Below, one piece after another: positions 1-11,838 of a stretch of DNA of 64,000 nt. The position numbers were made by a program, and so were the translations under genes. A model generated the notes under the pieces. That model had not been told where the DNA came from, did not search any database, and saw only the letters and a program-made list of their open reading frames with translations. Source of the stretch: Squalus acanthias (lineage: Eukaryota). Where the stretch lies: positions 67,890,001 to 67,954,000 of the forward strand of contig CM059430.1 of NCBI GenBank assembly GCA_030390025.1, read 5' to 3'. Position 1 is the first letter of the stretch, and every line of letters begins with the position of its first letter.

Positions 1-829
1 ACACTTAGAAATATATATGAAAATTGAATGAATAAAAGAGGGATAAACGCCTTAAGGCGGGGCATTTACGCATTCCCATCGGTAGCGATAGTGAGCTTAG
101 GAAAGTTACAAAGACTAATGTGAAGTAAAATCTACATTGAATGTGAACATTAAGTGTTCTTATAATTACACTGAAACATGCGATGTGAAATAACTGCTGC
201 TATTCAACACTAGATACGTTTTCAGTATGTTGCAATTAACAGAGTTAAATTGAGAACAAGACGTGTTGGTGCTTCGAGTTGAGCAACTGAACCGCTTCCT
301 TTACTTAGCTTGCATAAGCGATTCGCCCTTGTAAATATTTAGCAAAACATCAGTGTAGCGAAAAACAGAAGATAAAAACCCCAGCTAATCGCTTGTAGTT
401 TATCAGAACTGATAGATCGCCCACACATTGACCTTTTAATTCCTGTATATAAATGTGCCACTGTTTCGGTTAATAAATTATCAAAATAATCTACTCCACG
501 TTGTCTCCATTTGAAGATGGATTGTTATTAGATGAGAAAATCGAATTTGAAGTAAACTTTAACATAATAACTCGTAATCAGTTACACATCTACTTCCATT
601 TTTCGGCCCCTGTCATTCGGGATAAAAATGCGACGTTCTTGTAGAAACCTGTGCTAATTAAGGCAAATCAGCACGGATTTCGAAAAGGCAAATCGTGCTT
701 GAATTCCCTTCTAGAATTCTTTGAAGAAACAGCAGCGGGAATAGATAAAGGAAATGCAACAGATATCGTTTGCATTGATCTATTTTAAATGACAATTTGA
801 CACCAGCAGATAATGAGTCTTGGAAGCAG

Positions 830-988
830 AATACATGGGAACTTTCAAAACGGAAGTGGATATAAACGTGGAAAGAATAACATTGCAGGGATTTAGGGAA
901 AGAGTGAAAGAGTGGGACTAATTGGTTAGATCTTTCAAAGTGCCAACACGGGCACAATTGGCAGCATGGTCTCCTTCTGTGCTTCTAC
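830..988 (+). mobile_element. CR1 LINE 3' tail fragment
   Basis: Matches the 3' UTR shared by other CR1 tails in the window (gagtgggactaattgg...ctccttctgtgct; cf. 20040-20125, 33160-33230). Confidence 0.7.
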
Positions 989-1225
989 TTGGCCACATGG
1001 GCAGACACATGTTTGGTGGATATAAAACAACTGGTAGCTACTTTTAGTACCTTGATGGACGAAACCATAGACTAGAGCTTCACCCGTTTCACATCAGGAA
1101 CGTCACCTGGTGTGGAAGCCAGAATGCAGTGACGCCACACATAAACCAACACACAGGTTTTGCAGTTTTACACGCAAAAAATGAGCACCAATCGTTGACT
1201 TGTAATTGATCGTATATAATCCATT

Positions 1226-1231
1226 TTTATT
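1226..1231 (-). terminator. Candidate polyadenylation signal (AATAAA) of gene A
   Basis: tttatt on + strand about 290 nt downstream of the gene A stop codon. Confidence 0.45.
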
Positions 1232-1517
1232 GAATTAATGATAATTAGGTACAGCAAGGATATTAGCGTATCATTCTAATCGAATGAGCACAGATTTGTC
1301 ATCAGTTAACTGATACCGATTTAACATCAAAGTATGTCAGGAAAGTTACTTTTACGAAAACAGTAAGTAATAACTATAGACTGTATTCTCTGATATATCA
1401 ATGGAATGCGTTACCTCTCGGAGGAATTATATCGCACGATATACATACGCGTGATATAGCAGAGAAATGCGATCAATACACACCAAAAAAGTGAAGTCCT
1501 TATCTAAAATTATATTG

Positions 1518-1688
1518 CTAATTGATTCTTACTTCTGCGTAGACAGCCTCTGTTACTCGTCTTTGTTTTTTTGTCCGCAGCTGGGCATATTCTGTCCTTT
1601 CATTATTTTTGCATCTCCCGGTTTTCTCTGAGCCAGTCAATGCTATAGTCGTGTACGTCAGCTTGTCACGCCCTGTCCCTTGTTCGGT
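1518..1688 (-). CDS. Gene A exon 7 (terminal cytoplasmic exon; LTYTTI, TEYAQL, AVYAEV)
   Basis: Acceptor ggcttcacag|ACC; TEQGTGRDKLTYTTIALTG...TEYAQLRTKK...AVYAEVRIN*. Confidence 0.85.
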   Translation of the reverse strand, partial: TEQGTGRDKLTYTTIALTGSEKTGRCKNNERTEYAQLRTKKQRRVTEAVYAEVRIN

Positions 1689-4600
1689 CTGTGAAGCCAA
1701 TGTTTGGAAATATTGTTAATTGTTCATTTTGTAAGTTTTGTGGACTGCTGCTCAAAGCAGCCATCAGAAGGTCACACAAATAGGCATAGATACAACACAC
1801 GGTCAAAGTCAGCACAAACATATGCCCTCCACTATCGCATGAATGTTGATGTAACACCGGTGATCTATGTTTCTCTGATCTGTTACTCAGTCCTACCTCA
1901 GCGTATACGGTTCTCTCCTCTTCACGTTTATATCTTGGTGTTTTCCTGGCTCTGCTCAAATTTAGTGCAGCATAATGCATGAACTCAGCCGCTGCTCCCT
2001 GCATGGGTCCGAATGAAAATTGTTTGCTTATGTGGCTAGTTCATTTTCTTCACCAGTTTACGTGTCGCTGATCAAACAATTGAACAGATAGAACTGAGCT
2101 AGAGATCAAACGCACAAACCCATTTCAGATATATTTACATAGGTATGAATATTAAGGAACTGTGATCACTATAACGAATATTTAAACATGTCAATGTTCA
2201 CAGTACAACACAGTGTTACAGAAATGTTTAAATGAGCGGCAGCTTTAGAACGTAAAGTTTTTTTTCAAATCCAAAGATTAGATAATTGTATAAACATTCA
2301 TTACCTAGGTGTATTTTCAACAAAAAACAGCAGTTTTCTTGTCTGCAATTTAACAATTTTTACCAGCAACGCACTGGGTGCCAAGTACATTTCTAACCAC
2401 GATTTGAATCACTCACTAAGACCGGATAAATACTTTCAGTAAATAGAGTTAAACTGTTCTGTCGTGACTATGATATAATATTTCCATCATAGCAATCTTT
2501 CTTGCCATTTTAACCGTCTGCCGGGATGAACGAATGAACGTACCAGCTCTTCACGGTGGTTCGACCCCGTTGTACATTCTTTATTACCTGGAAATGAATG
2601 AAATTTAATGATATTGAAAGATTGAAATATTTACTCAGTTTCCATGTCAGCGATTGCAAAGACATTTCTTGAGTCAGAACAAAGCAGAACATGATTTCTA
2701 ATTTCGGATTATGCCGAGTGTTTGAAATCATAGCCCTTGTTGTGATCAGCAATGGTGCATTGTATCGATATTTTTATGAAACTAAGGGAAACTTTTTGGA
2801 CACTAGGTAAATACAGGGATATGAGGATAGGGTGGGAAAGTGAAAATGAGGTAGAAGATCAGACATGAACATATTGCATGGTGGAGCAGGCTCGAGGGCA
2901 GTATGGCCTACTCCTGCTCTTGTTTCTTATGGTCTTATGTGTGCAACCATTGCCCGGCCGGAGTCTCACACTCTTTCACTCAAACTCGCTGCGCATCCAC
3001 AATAGAATGGGTTGGAATGTGATGGTGTGTCAGGGTACATGTCATTTGTCGTGCTGCAAAGTGGGCATTTTTATTTCAAATATCCAGGTAATTACCTCAA
3101 TTTTTATTACGATTCTGTGAGCATTCCTGCGTTTTCAATTACATTTGGAACATTTGGCGCTCCTTGAAAACTGATAACTCGGTTTTCAACTTTAATTCCT
3201 AATCAATTTCTCTTTCCCTCGTATTATCCGGAGACTGTCGCTAGCCGTGGGGTTTTGAACTAAAATCAAGGGCTTCATTAGAACTTACTTTCATTATTCT
3301 GCAATCGGCACCGCCTCCCAATGCAGATCATTAGCACTAGAAAAGCCAATCCACCCACCGCACACCCAGGAGCCCAGAAGTAGAGTGAATTATCGAAAAT
3401 ACCTGCAAAATTAATAGGAACATTAAGTTATGACGGGCGTTGGCTAAACATAGGCCTCAAGATAGTTTATTGGTTGAACTATGGCGATGCTTTCAGTAAC
3501 TCCGCAGTAAAATATTTGAAATAACTTCGTCATCCGATGGATGAGACATTCTGGATTAATCTGCGCATCGCACTACCGGTTTAGGGATCTCACAGCATTG
3601 TTTTCGGAGAGTTAGATAACCAGAGAGATCAATTTCCCATGACCAAAAGATGTGTTCTTGTGCTTGAACTTTCTTATTTATTAACATATATTTTGAGGAA
3701 ATTGGAGGTAATTTTGTCACAAGCGTTTCTTCGTTGCCCGGTCAAAATTCGGGATTGCAGCAATCGGTTAAAAATCCCCTTTCAATTACCGGAACTGTGT
3801 TTTTTAAAGTAAGAATGTCATTTACTAGTAAAAGATATCAACGGGCGATGGTTCATTGATTATTGTCTTGCGGGGCAAAGAATTGTTCACAATATGACGT
3901 ATCGTACCGGTTGTACTGTTGCGAGGTTGCGGGCACAGTTTATGAGGTTTATGAGGCAGATCCCAATTAAACCCGCTCTGACATGGACGGGTGAGCGGCA
4001 AAAGTTGGCCAGGGGGTCAATTTCAGAACACTGCACTAGAAGTAGCCGAAATGAGGGTCAGGATAGGGAACTGCATTGGGAGCCGCCCGATTACATATGA
4101 CTGCAGCTCCTGGTAACAGCCTTGGTGCTAGGAAAGCGGGCCATGGTAAAGAATAAAAGAATCAGCAAATTGAAACAAAAGAAACTGAAACATTATTCAT
4201 TATAAGGAGGAAATATAATCGGATGGAAAAGATAAACTTCTGTTTATAGTTGTTTTATCAAATAAAGGAATTTGAAAGCAAATAAGGTTTGTCTGAGAAT
4301 ATTTGTGTGGCGGGCGATATAACCTGGTTTTACAACACATCGGGTTCAATTATTTTGTTCATTACAACATGAAATTAATGCTTTCGTTAATATTTCCCAT
4401 GAGATTTGCGTGGACATTTTTCATGATTATTAATATCTACAAACTGTCCGATATATCTCTTTTAAAAACTAGCAGTAGCTAGCTGTCCTTTTTGGACTGT
4501 TGGCCTCGTACCTTCATTGTATTTAGAAAGAACATGGGTGACAACAGCTGGAGTCTCGAGGGAGACATGAGAAACCAAACAAGTATAATTGGCGTCGCTC

Positions 4601-6389
4601 GGAACCGGCTGTGTCTCAACCAAAGACCTGGAAACTTCAAAAAGTCCCTCCGTGTTCTGTTCTTTCCTGGTATCTAATCCTAATGCAGTTTCGACGCCAT
4701 TTTTATACCAAGTCAGGGTGAAATTCTCCGGAAAAAACGCAGACGTTTTACACACAAGAGTCAGATACGCAGATGAATTCCTTTCAGTGGAGACAATCTT
4801 CAGTGGGGTTGGGGCCGCTGCGGATTGAACGAAATCGATTTACTGGGCACCATTGGGAGATTAAATATGATTCTGATTCACGTTTCGTCCATTTTATTAT
4901 AATAGCACCATAAAAAAGCGCAGCCTCCTGTTCCTTTAATGTTACGCACATCATCTACACACACCTGATCCATATCTCTCATAGACATCCCCATCTGTTC
5001 AATTGTACCTGCGCTATCAAGTCCAAGATTTAAAGTTACTCAGCAGACAAGTCGCAACGATTGGCTAATCAATGTTTGGTTTTCATCGTCCAAAGAATTA
5101 AGTAAATAAACTCGGGGGAAGTTGGCGCGCTGAGTCCCTCCGTGTTTGTTAGGGATAGATAGACAGTGACCAGTAATCTGCACATTGTTGATGATTAAAC
5201 GGGTCCTTAGTCGGTACCGCACAGATTTCACAGCCGAAGCATGACAATTGGTGACAGAAATTATGCTCGGTTGAACCTCAGGAGGTTTCGGTAACACAAT
5301 TCCTCTGTATTGCTTCAGTTATTGGAGGTTAGTCAGGTGACAACGTTGTGTGTTCCAAGCTCCAGCTTGTTGAGTGAAGCCGTTGATCAACAGTAGTTTC
5401 ACGCCGGCTTTCTAATCCTGACGCTTAAATTATGTGAGAATTAATTTCTTGAATGTTAAACCTCAAAAACAGCAATGAGGGCAGGCAGGGCATCAGAAAT
5501 GGGCTGAGAGCCGTGTATATGTTGGGAGAGACGCATTAATGCAAACGATTTTCAGTCAGTTATATGCTTGAAATTTGTTCCGAACTTCCGCTATCAGACA
5601 GCAGGTGTGCAAATTGTGGAGTTATAGTCTAATTGGTTAATATTGATACATTTTGCAGTACTCTGCCTGTGACATTGATTATCTAATTAGCAGTTCTATA
5701 CAGAGCACACGAACATACAACTTGACTTACTGCGAGATATATTAATAGACATGTTTATACTGCCAAAAACTTTGCAATAAAACAATCATAAAACATTCCC
5801 GTTTGTTATTTTCGATATATTTTCGACTGTGCCGCTCTCCTGTATTTCACACTTACCATGCGCAATTAGATGTGATCCGGTTCCATTTCCTCGAATTATT
5901 CCTTGATGCAACACTGCACACTGATAGACTCCAGAGTCTTGGATAGTCGCGCTCAGCAACTGAAAGGACCCGCTCCCTTTACTTTTCAGATCAAATTGTT
6001 TTCTATTTTCGGCGCTTGTGCGCAGGTATTCATTCTCACCCTGTTTCCACCAATACACTCTTACCCAGGAATTGTCCTGGGAGATGGGGAATATGCAGTA
6101 GAAGGTGATGTTCCCCCCTCTGGATACAGTCGCTTGTTTGGGCGCTTGAGTTACAATGAACGAAATCTGGTCCGCTGCTGTTAGAAAATATAGTCAAGTA
6201 CAGGTTAATTGTATTAGACACGTCATGGAGTTGGAAGAGAGAAAAATAATCTAGATAGAGGAATTACAGTTCACTAAAATAATGTGCAAACTACCTCGGA
6301 AGAATTTTATAAATTAAAGTAGCTGGGTCAATGAACAAAGATGTACCTGTGTAAATAACTCCCTGGAGAGTCAGGCACAAAAAAAGCAT
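1518..6389 (-). CDS. Gene A: non-rearranging VJ-C1-TM receptor with ITIM/ITSM-like tail (SIRP-like/VJC1-type IgSF), 366 aa, 7 exons
   Basis: Hand-spliced exons 6389-6347, 6177-5857, 4817-4512, 3402-3289, 2587-2544, 1998-1897, 1688-1518 total 1101 nt, in frame, all GT-AG, phases 1,1,1,1,0,0. Each exon has a homologue in gene B. Confidence 0.85.
1897..1998 (-). CDS. Gene A exon 6 (cytoplasmic; MHYAAL, TVYAE)
   Basis: cccatgcag|GGA GCA...GCT GAG|gtagga; homologous to gene B exon 59072-59182. The acceptor position is inferred (see findings). Confidence 0.7.
2544..2587 (-). CDS. Gene A exon 5 (44-nt juxtamembrane cytoplasmic exon)
   Basis: cattcatttccag|GT AAT AAA...GAG CTG|gtacgt; same length and phases (1->0) as gene B exon 58121-58164. 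Confidence 0.8.
2790..2939 (+). mobile_element. CR1 LINE 3' tail fragment (intronic in gene A)
   Basis: gaggtagaagatcag...ggagcaggctcgaggg...ctactcctgctc...ttcttatggtcttatg, same tail as 56520-56612. Confidence 0.75.
3289..3402 (-). CDS. Gene A exon 4 (transmembrane)
   Basis: ttttgcag|GT ATT...GAA A|gtaagt; GIFDNSLYFWAPGCAVGGLAFLVLMICIGRRCRLQNNE, an uncharged hydrophobic stretch followed by basic stop-transfer residues. Not in the ORF track. Confidence 0.85.
4512..4817 (-). CDS. Gene A exon 3 (Ig C1-set domain)
   Basis: AAPTPLKIV...LTLVCKTSAFFPENFTLTWYKNG...YTCLVSHVSL: C1 hallmarks (CxxxxFxP, WxKNG, YxCxVxH); phase 1-1. Confidence 0.92.
5857..6177 (-). CDS. Gene A exon 2 (Ig V domain with germline J-like G strand)
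   Basis: IVTQAP...ITFYC...VYWWKQ...DSGVYQC...GNGTGSHL; NAGNAG acceptor (aacag/cag), donor G|gtaagt; 321 nt, phase 1-1. Confidence 0.92.
6347..6389 (-). CDS. Gene A exon 1 (signal peptide MLFLCLTLQGVIYT)
   Basis: ATG...ACA G|gtacat, phase 1; homologous to the gene B leader (LFCISLVGVLYR). Confidence 0.75.
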
Positions 6390-7315
6390 TCTCGCCGAAA
6401 TTCTGAGCAACAGATTCAACTGATAACTCTCTGCAGTAACTGCGAGTTTGCAACTGTTAAGAATGGTTTGCGGTTAGTTTTCTGTGAGATAGGTCGCAAC
6501 GACGTTTGACATCCTGTAATTGCGTATTCAGAAATTAGTCTTTATTTGTGAAGTGGAATTTTCTAACTCATGCGCTTGTTCAACTGTTACAATCACATGT
6601 GTCACAGATAGCAAAGAGTAAGGGACAGTTTTGTATTTTCAAATGCAGAATTTACTGACACTCGCGCCGTCAGTGTTGTTTCCTGATAAGTAACGGTAGT
6701 CTAACCAGATTGGATAAAGAGGAGAACCCTTGGAGAATGGTGGTTTGGTTGACCATGTCACAGTTACACATATTATAATTCATGATCTTGGCTAGGGCCG
6801 TTTTTGTTGTTGTGAGTTAGAAACTGAGTGGGTTGATTGAAACAGGATCTGGTGGGGATGTAGGCAAGCATCTGGGAGGTGACAACAGATATGGCACGGA
6901 TTTTGCGGTGGGTATGGCGGCATACTCTCAGAGTATGCCATCATATCTCCTTTGAAATCCACCGTGCATTGACAGACCTATCACACAGCCCAAGAAAAAA
7001 CAATTACTGGCGCAGGGCCTGTTTGCATCAGCGTAAGGGAATAACTCAGACAGGTTTTAAACATTTTCTTCTCGGAAATCATGCCGTTTAATCGTATCAA
7101 ATGAATTTTTCTTGTTTCTGAAAATATTAGAGTCTTAATCATGTCGATAATTATTATAAACAAAATTAGATTTTTAGTAAAATTTGTGGATTAAAGCGAA
7201 TTAGGAATTAAATTCCAATCCTGTTTATTATAACTAAATCTGATTACGGGATTCCATTATCTTTGATGACAGGATTCCCTTCTGAAATTATGTAAAATCG
7301 AATTATGTTTTCTTA

Positions 7316-7515
7316 TTGGAGGACCACGTCCACGTGATCCCAGGTGCAACGCCGCACAGGCTGCATCCCTGGGGTCCGTGGGCCATACGCTGCCCTCCTA
7401 TTCACAGCGACAGACTGCAAGTTTTCGCAGGAGGGCCGCCCTCAGGTAGTTGCGTATTCTTTTCAGAGGTCGGCGGCGTACTCCGTAGGTACGCCGCCGA
7501 CCGAAATTTTTGGCC
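7316..7515. mobile_element. Truncated PIF/Harbinger-type MITE end
   Basis: Contains the ccacgtgatcccagg internal motif of the MITEs below and ends in a TIR-like ccgaaatttttggcc. Confidence 0.5.
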
Positions 7516-8496
7516 AAGTTTCTTGAGGGTGGACATGGAGGTCGGAGATGTGGTGGCAGTTTGCACGGAGAGAGCGGTCGAGTGTGTGCTTATTGGAAGG
7601 GGTGGTTTCCAAACGAAAGGGGACAGTCTCTGAGGAGATGCGGCCATTTATAACTATAGCTACCAAGGGGGCCATATACGGAAGTTGGGTAGTCAGCGGT
7701 TAAGTCAGAATTAGGTCTATGGAGCATGTGGTTTACATGAGCTTAGAGAGTGCAGGTAGGTAAGAAGAAAAAGAAGATACAAGGAAACAAGGATTCAGGG
7801 ATACAGTATGAGGAAAGATTTGGCCTGGTGTGCAAGGGGAAAGGAGGAAGCAGTAGAGGCATCCGAACAGATGGTCTCTATTTGATGACAAAGAAATCCA
7901 TGATCTCTTTGAATTTGTTGTTAGGGGAGACACGTTTCAGAATGTGGCTGGTACAGGGGAAAAGAAACGGTGAGTTGCCATTGCTCTCCAGGAAAATTAC
8001 AGAGCAGTGGGCGGTTGTGGCAGAAAACATTGCGACTCTGCAATACAACACTTGGTCCAGCCAGAAAAACACTTGGATGGCTACACCACCTGTTTGCAAG
8101 ATGCGGTCAAGTATGCACATCTTGGACTTGAGGAGGTGACGATACAGAGCAGACCAGCGTTATGAGCAGAATGGGAGACAGTGAAGGATTTGCTTGGAAT
8201 AAGTGAACCTATTCTTAATTTCTGTTTCTCATAAACAGATTTTCAATTTTTTCGTTCGAGGTATGCACTGTTCCCACTTACACATCCCAGAAACTCATCT
8301 TGGTACACAGCTGTGGAATCTCTTACTAGTCCTGTGGAATTTGCCAATTTAGGGATCTCTCATGCTTATACTCAAAATAAGTTTGAGGGTACAATATTCA
8401 ACACGACTGCTGTTAAGTCTCCTTCATTGGTAGCACACTTGCATCCGTGTCAGACGTTTGTGGGTTCAGGCACTACTCCCGAGACTTCAACACATA

Positions 8497-9220
8497 GGCC
8501 CGTATTTTGCGATCGCAGACCTCCCGCGGGTGGAGGCCTGCGATCTGGAAAAATCTGCGCCCTTACCTGAGGGCTCCCAGTACGCACACGCTTCCGCTCC
8601 TGGGCCTCACCAACCTTGAAGTGCGCAGGGCCCACGTATCCCAGGGGCGCATGTAGTTCGCAGTGTCCCTGGGATTTTGTGGGCCATGGGGAGCCAATCA
8701 CAGAAGGGAATCTCCCTTCATACATTTGGCAGGAAGACCTGTCAAATATATGAATGGAGATCAATGAAAAAACATAGTAAAATATTAAATAAATTTTTAA
8801 AAATCACATTTTTAAAATGACTTGAAATTACAATAAATTAAGTATTTTAAACAAAAATTTAATGTTTTGAAAATAATAATTAAAGTTTTTTACGGTGCTG
8901 AAAATAAACTTAGCTTTATTAAAGTATTTTTAAATGATAAATCAGTGAAAAAATTATTTTTTAAACTTTTTTCAACTCTTGTCCTGGTAAAAGCAGAATT
9001 GTAAGGGTTTTCTGTGTGGGAGGGCCTCCAAAAAGCGGAACTCTCTGCCGCAAGGTCCCTTCTCTAGGGCAGGCGTCCGATCTGTCATGAGCATACTTGA
9101 CAGATCGGAAATGTTGGTTTTCAGCGCATGCGCTGTGCATGCCTGAAACCGGCATTTCCGATGTCCCTACGGGTGGGTAAACAGCGCGTACGCACGCGTA
9201 GGGATCGGAATATCTGGGCC
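8497..9220. mobile_element. PIF/Harbinger-type MITE
   Basis: TIRs GGCCCGTATTTTGCGATC / GATCGGAATATCTGGGCC, 3-bp TSD ATA/ATA, GC-rich ends with an AT-rich core; second copy at 31943-32687. Confidence 0.85.
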
Positions 9221-9399
9221 ATAATCTAATCTGCCACTTCAGTGCTGTGCTGTCGGAGTGCTGCACTGTCGGAGATGTCGTCGTTCAGGTGAGATGTTAT
9301 GTGGCGGTGGCTGCCTTCTCTGTCTTTCTTTCTTTCTATCTAGCTTTTTCCTTTCTAGCTTTCATTCTAGCTTTCTTTCTATCTATCTTTCTTTATTTC

Positions 9400-9790
9400 T
9401 AGTTTTTGTACTTCCTTCCATGTAAGGTTTGGACCTCAACCTGGCTAGGTATAATGTCATCGCAGGGAGGTTACCTAGTGCTGTGGGGGACGGGCACCAG
9501 GATGAAGCATTGGAGAGGAGATACAAGGTGTACAGAGTACTGGGAGAGTCAAGCCGCATTAGAATAAAGAGCAGTTCAGAAATAGGAGGGATTAGAGTGG
9601 AAATGCGAAGCAAAATAAGGTGTGTTTGGCGAGCATGTGCGTAAATGCATGGAGCGTGGTAAATAACGTTGGTGAACTGCAGGCACAAGTAGCCACATGG
9701 GATTATGCAATAATAGCAGAAACGGAGACCTAGGTCAAATAAAGTGTGGATTCGGCACTTAATATTCCTGGCTACAACGTATTCAGGAAA
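9400..9790 (+). mobile_element. Degenerate CR1 fragment (ORF1 end / ORF2 endonuclease start)
   Basis: gtgcgtaaatgcatggagcgtggtaaataacgttggtgaactg = CVNAxSVVNxVGEL, as in the CR1 at 14452-14694. Confidence 0.6.
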
Positions 9791-10429
9791 TAAGGACGAG
9801 AGGACTTCAAAACCCAGTACTATCTATCGATTTCTTTGTTAGCACGGTTTTGTAAGTTCAAGGTACTGCATAGCACGTTAAGTTTCTAGATACATGTGTT
9901 ATGTCAGCGTTGTATTTCAGACTTTATATTACAGCACTCCGTCACGTGCCATTGGACGCATTCAAAGCGATGAAGGCCAGAGGAAACCTGAATTATCTGT
10001 GACCAATAGTTGTTATCAGCTTTGAAGTTGGGTTCTAGATCAACTGATATTTCTGAGCACCGATGTGCTATTTCTAAATAGTTACCAGTGGACATAGGTG
10101 CAGTGCACAGAGGTACAGCACACTGCAAGACAAGGGTCAGGTTAGGATCTTCGGGCAGCATCGTTTCGGAAATCGTCTTGTCGGCCTCGGTGATATTCAG
10201 CCGCTGCTGGCCAAGTCGGTAGACGAGTTTGTGTAGGATTTGGGGAAGTGGAAGGAAATGAATCCATCAAAGTAGGGGCCATCCTTTCCCCAAAACAACC
10301 CGTTAGTCGAAATAAAATGCAGGCTCATTTCATTGCTTTAAATTTGGAGATAACCAGCAACATGTCATGTCTTGTAAGCGGGACAATGAATATCTTTATT
10401 AGAGAATATATATTTTCATAATTCTGACC

Positions 10430-10711
10430 CCGCAATGCTGGGAGTCAGGAGGGTGACATAAGATACCAAACAGATGTAAATAGCCCCGTTCGGGACAGGC
10501 TGCGTCACTTCTAAAGAGCTGGAATCTTCATACAGCCCCTCAGTGTTCTGCCGTTAATGGGTTTTTTCCCAGTTGCGGTTTCGATGCCATTTTTATACCA
10601 AGTGAGGCTGAAATCGCTCTGGTAAAACTCAGCCGTTTCACAAACAAGAGTCAGACGCAGATGAATAGATCTCGAGTGTCCTGGAGACAATCTTTAGTGC
10701 GGTTGGGGCAG
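10430..10711 (-). pseudogene. Pseudo-C1 exon of a gene A paralogue
   Basis: ctgttctgcag|CT GCC CCA ACC GCA CTA AAG ATT GTC... gives LTLVCETAEFYQSDFSLTWYKNGIETATG and QNTEGLYEDSSSLEVTQPVPNGAIYICLVSYVTL, with two frameshifts and no 3' donor. Its upstream intron (similar to gene A intron 2) is traceable between TEs to ~16285. Confidence 0.88.
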
Positions 10712-11068
10712 CTGCAGAACAGAGAATTGAGAAAATCAAGTTATAGAGCACGAGTGGGAAGTATTATTTTGATTTGTACAATTCCAAGTCCCAGCATCCT
10801 GTCAATTAATGTTTCCCCACATCATCGCCATAGACCATCCATATCTCATCATCATTAGTTTATGTTCAGTTTTAACTCCGTTATATTTTATGTTCTGATT
10901 TAGTTCTATGCTTTCATCTTTTCAACTTCAATTAAATTTCACTTAGACATATCACAGTGTTAAGAAAGATAAGAATTCGAGCGTTTAAACCTCGGTGACA
11001 GGGGCGGAGATGGACAAAAACATCTAAAGTTGTGTAGAAACCGGTTACAACGTCCGTGCTACCCCATT

Positions 11069-11830
11069 GGCCCAAAAATTCGGCCGTTCTCGGGTGAGTA
11101 CTCAGTGCGTACTCACCCGTATTCATTCCCGAAGTGCCGGTTTCCTGCATGCACTGCGCATCAGCGGGAAACCGGAGCTTCCGGTATGGTGAAGGGGGCG
11201 GTTCCTAGGTGAACCACGTGCGCGGTAGAGGCTGCGCGCACGCAGCACACTTAGATTTTTTTTCAGGTTTCAACGCGAGAGTAAGTATTGAAGATTCTGC
11301 GCTAGTAAAAAGGAGGCGTAAGACCCCTTTTGAACAAGGTAAGTAGTTAATTAAGTATAATTTTAATTTTTTATCAACAGGTTTATCTTTTTCAGATACT
11401 TTAAAGAAAGGTAAGTTTATTTTTATAACTTTTAAAAAGTATTTTTATTTTTTCAAAAATTTAAATTTTTGTTTAAAGTGGTTAATTTATTTAACTATAG
11501 TTATTTTATAAATGTGATGGTTTTTTAAAATTTATTTGAGGTTTAGCTGTTCTTTTGGGGCCGATTTCAATTCACAGATTTGACAGGTCTCCTGTCAAAT
11601 CTATGAATGAAAGATGGTAAGCTGCCATTGGCTCTCCATGGCCCACGTGATCCCAGGGGTCGCATCGCACTAACTGCGCCCCTGTAACACACAAGCACTG
11701 CTCGCCGGCTCTTGGGAGAGGCCCAGGACCCGAAGTTCCTGTTGGCTCAAAACACAATGGCAGGCGCGGTGGGTAAGAATGCGCGCAGACCTTACCACCG
11801 CGGCAAGCCGGCTACGCGAATTTCTAGGCC
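11069..11830. mobile_element. PIF/Harbinger-type MITE
   Basis: GGCCCAAAAATTCG / CGAATTTCTAGGCC ends; near-identical family member at 37820-39303; left end similar to the Harbinger at 41475. Confidence 0.8.
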
Positions 11831-11838
11831 AATATTTT

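Noticed and set aside
5857-5930. Possible recombination signal sequences at the V exon ends (also 53060-53130)
   Set aside because: No CACAGTG-spacer-ACAAAAACC seen; the G strand is contiguous with V and followed by a splice donor.
9904-10260. ~118-codon open frame on the minus strand downstream of the pseudo-C1 exon
   Set aside because: No similarity to the family's TM or tail exons or to any motif I recognise.
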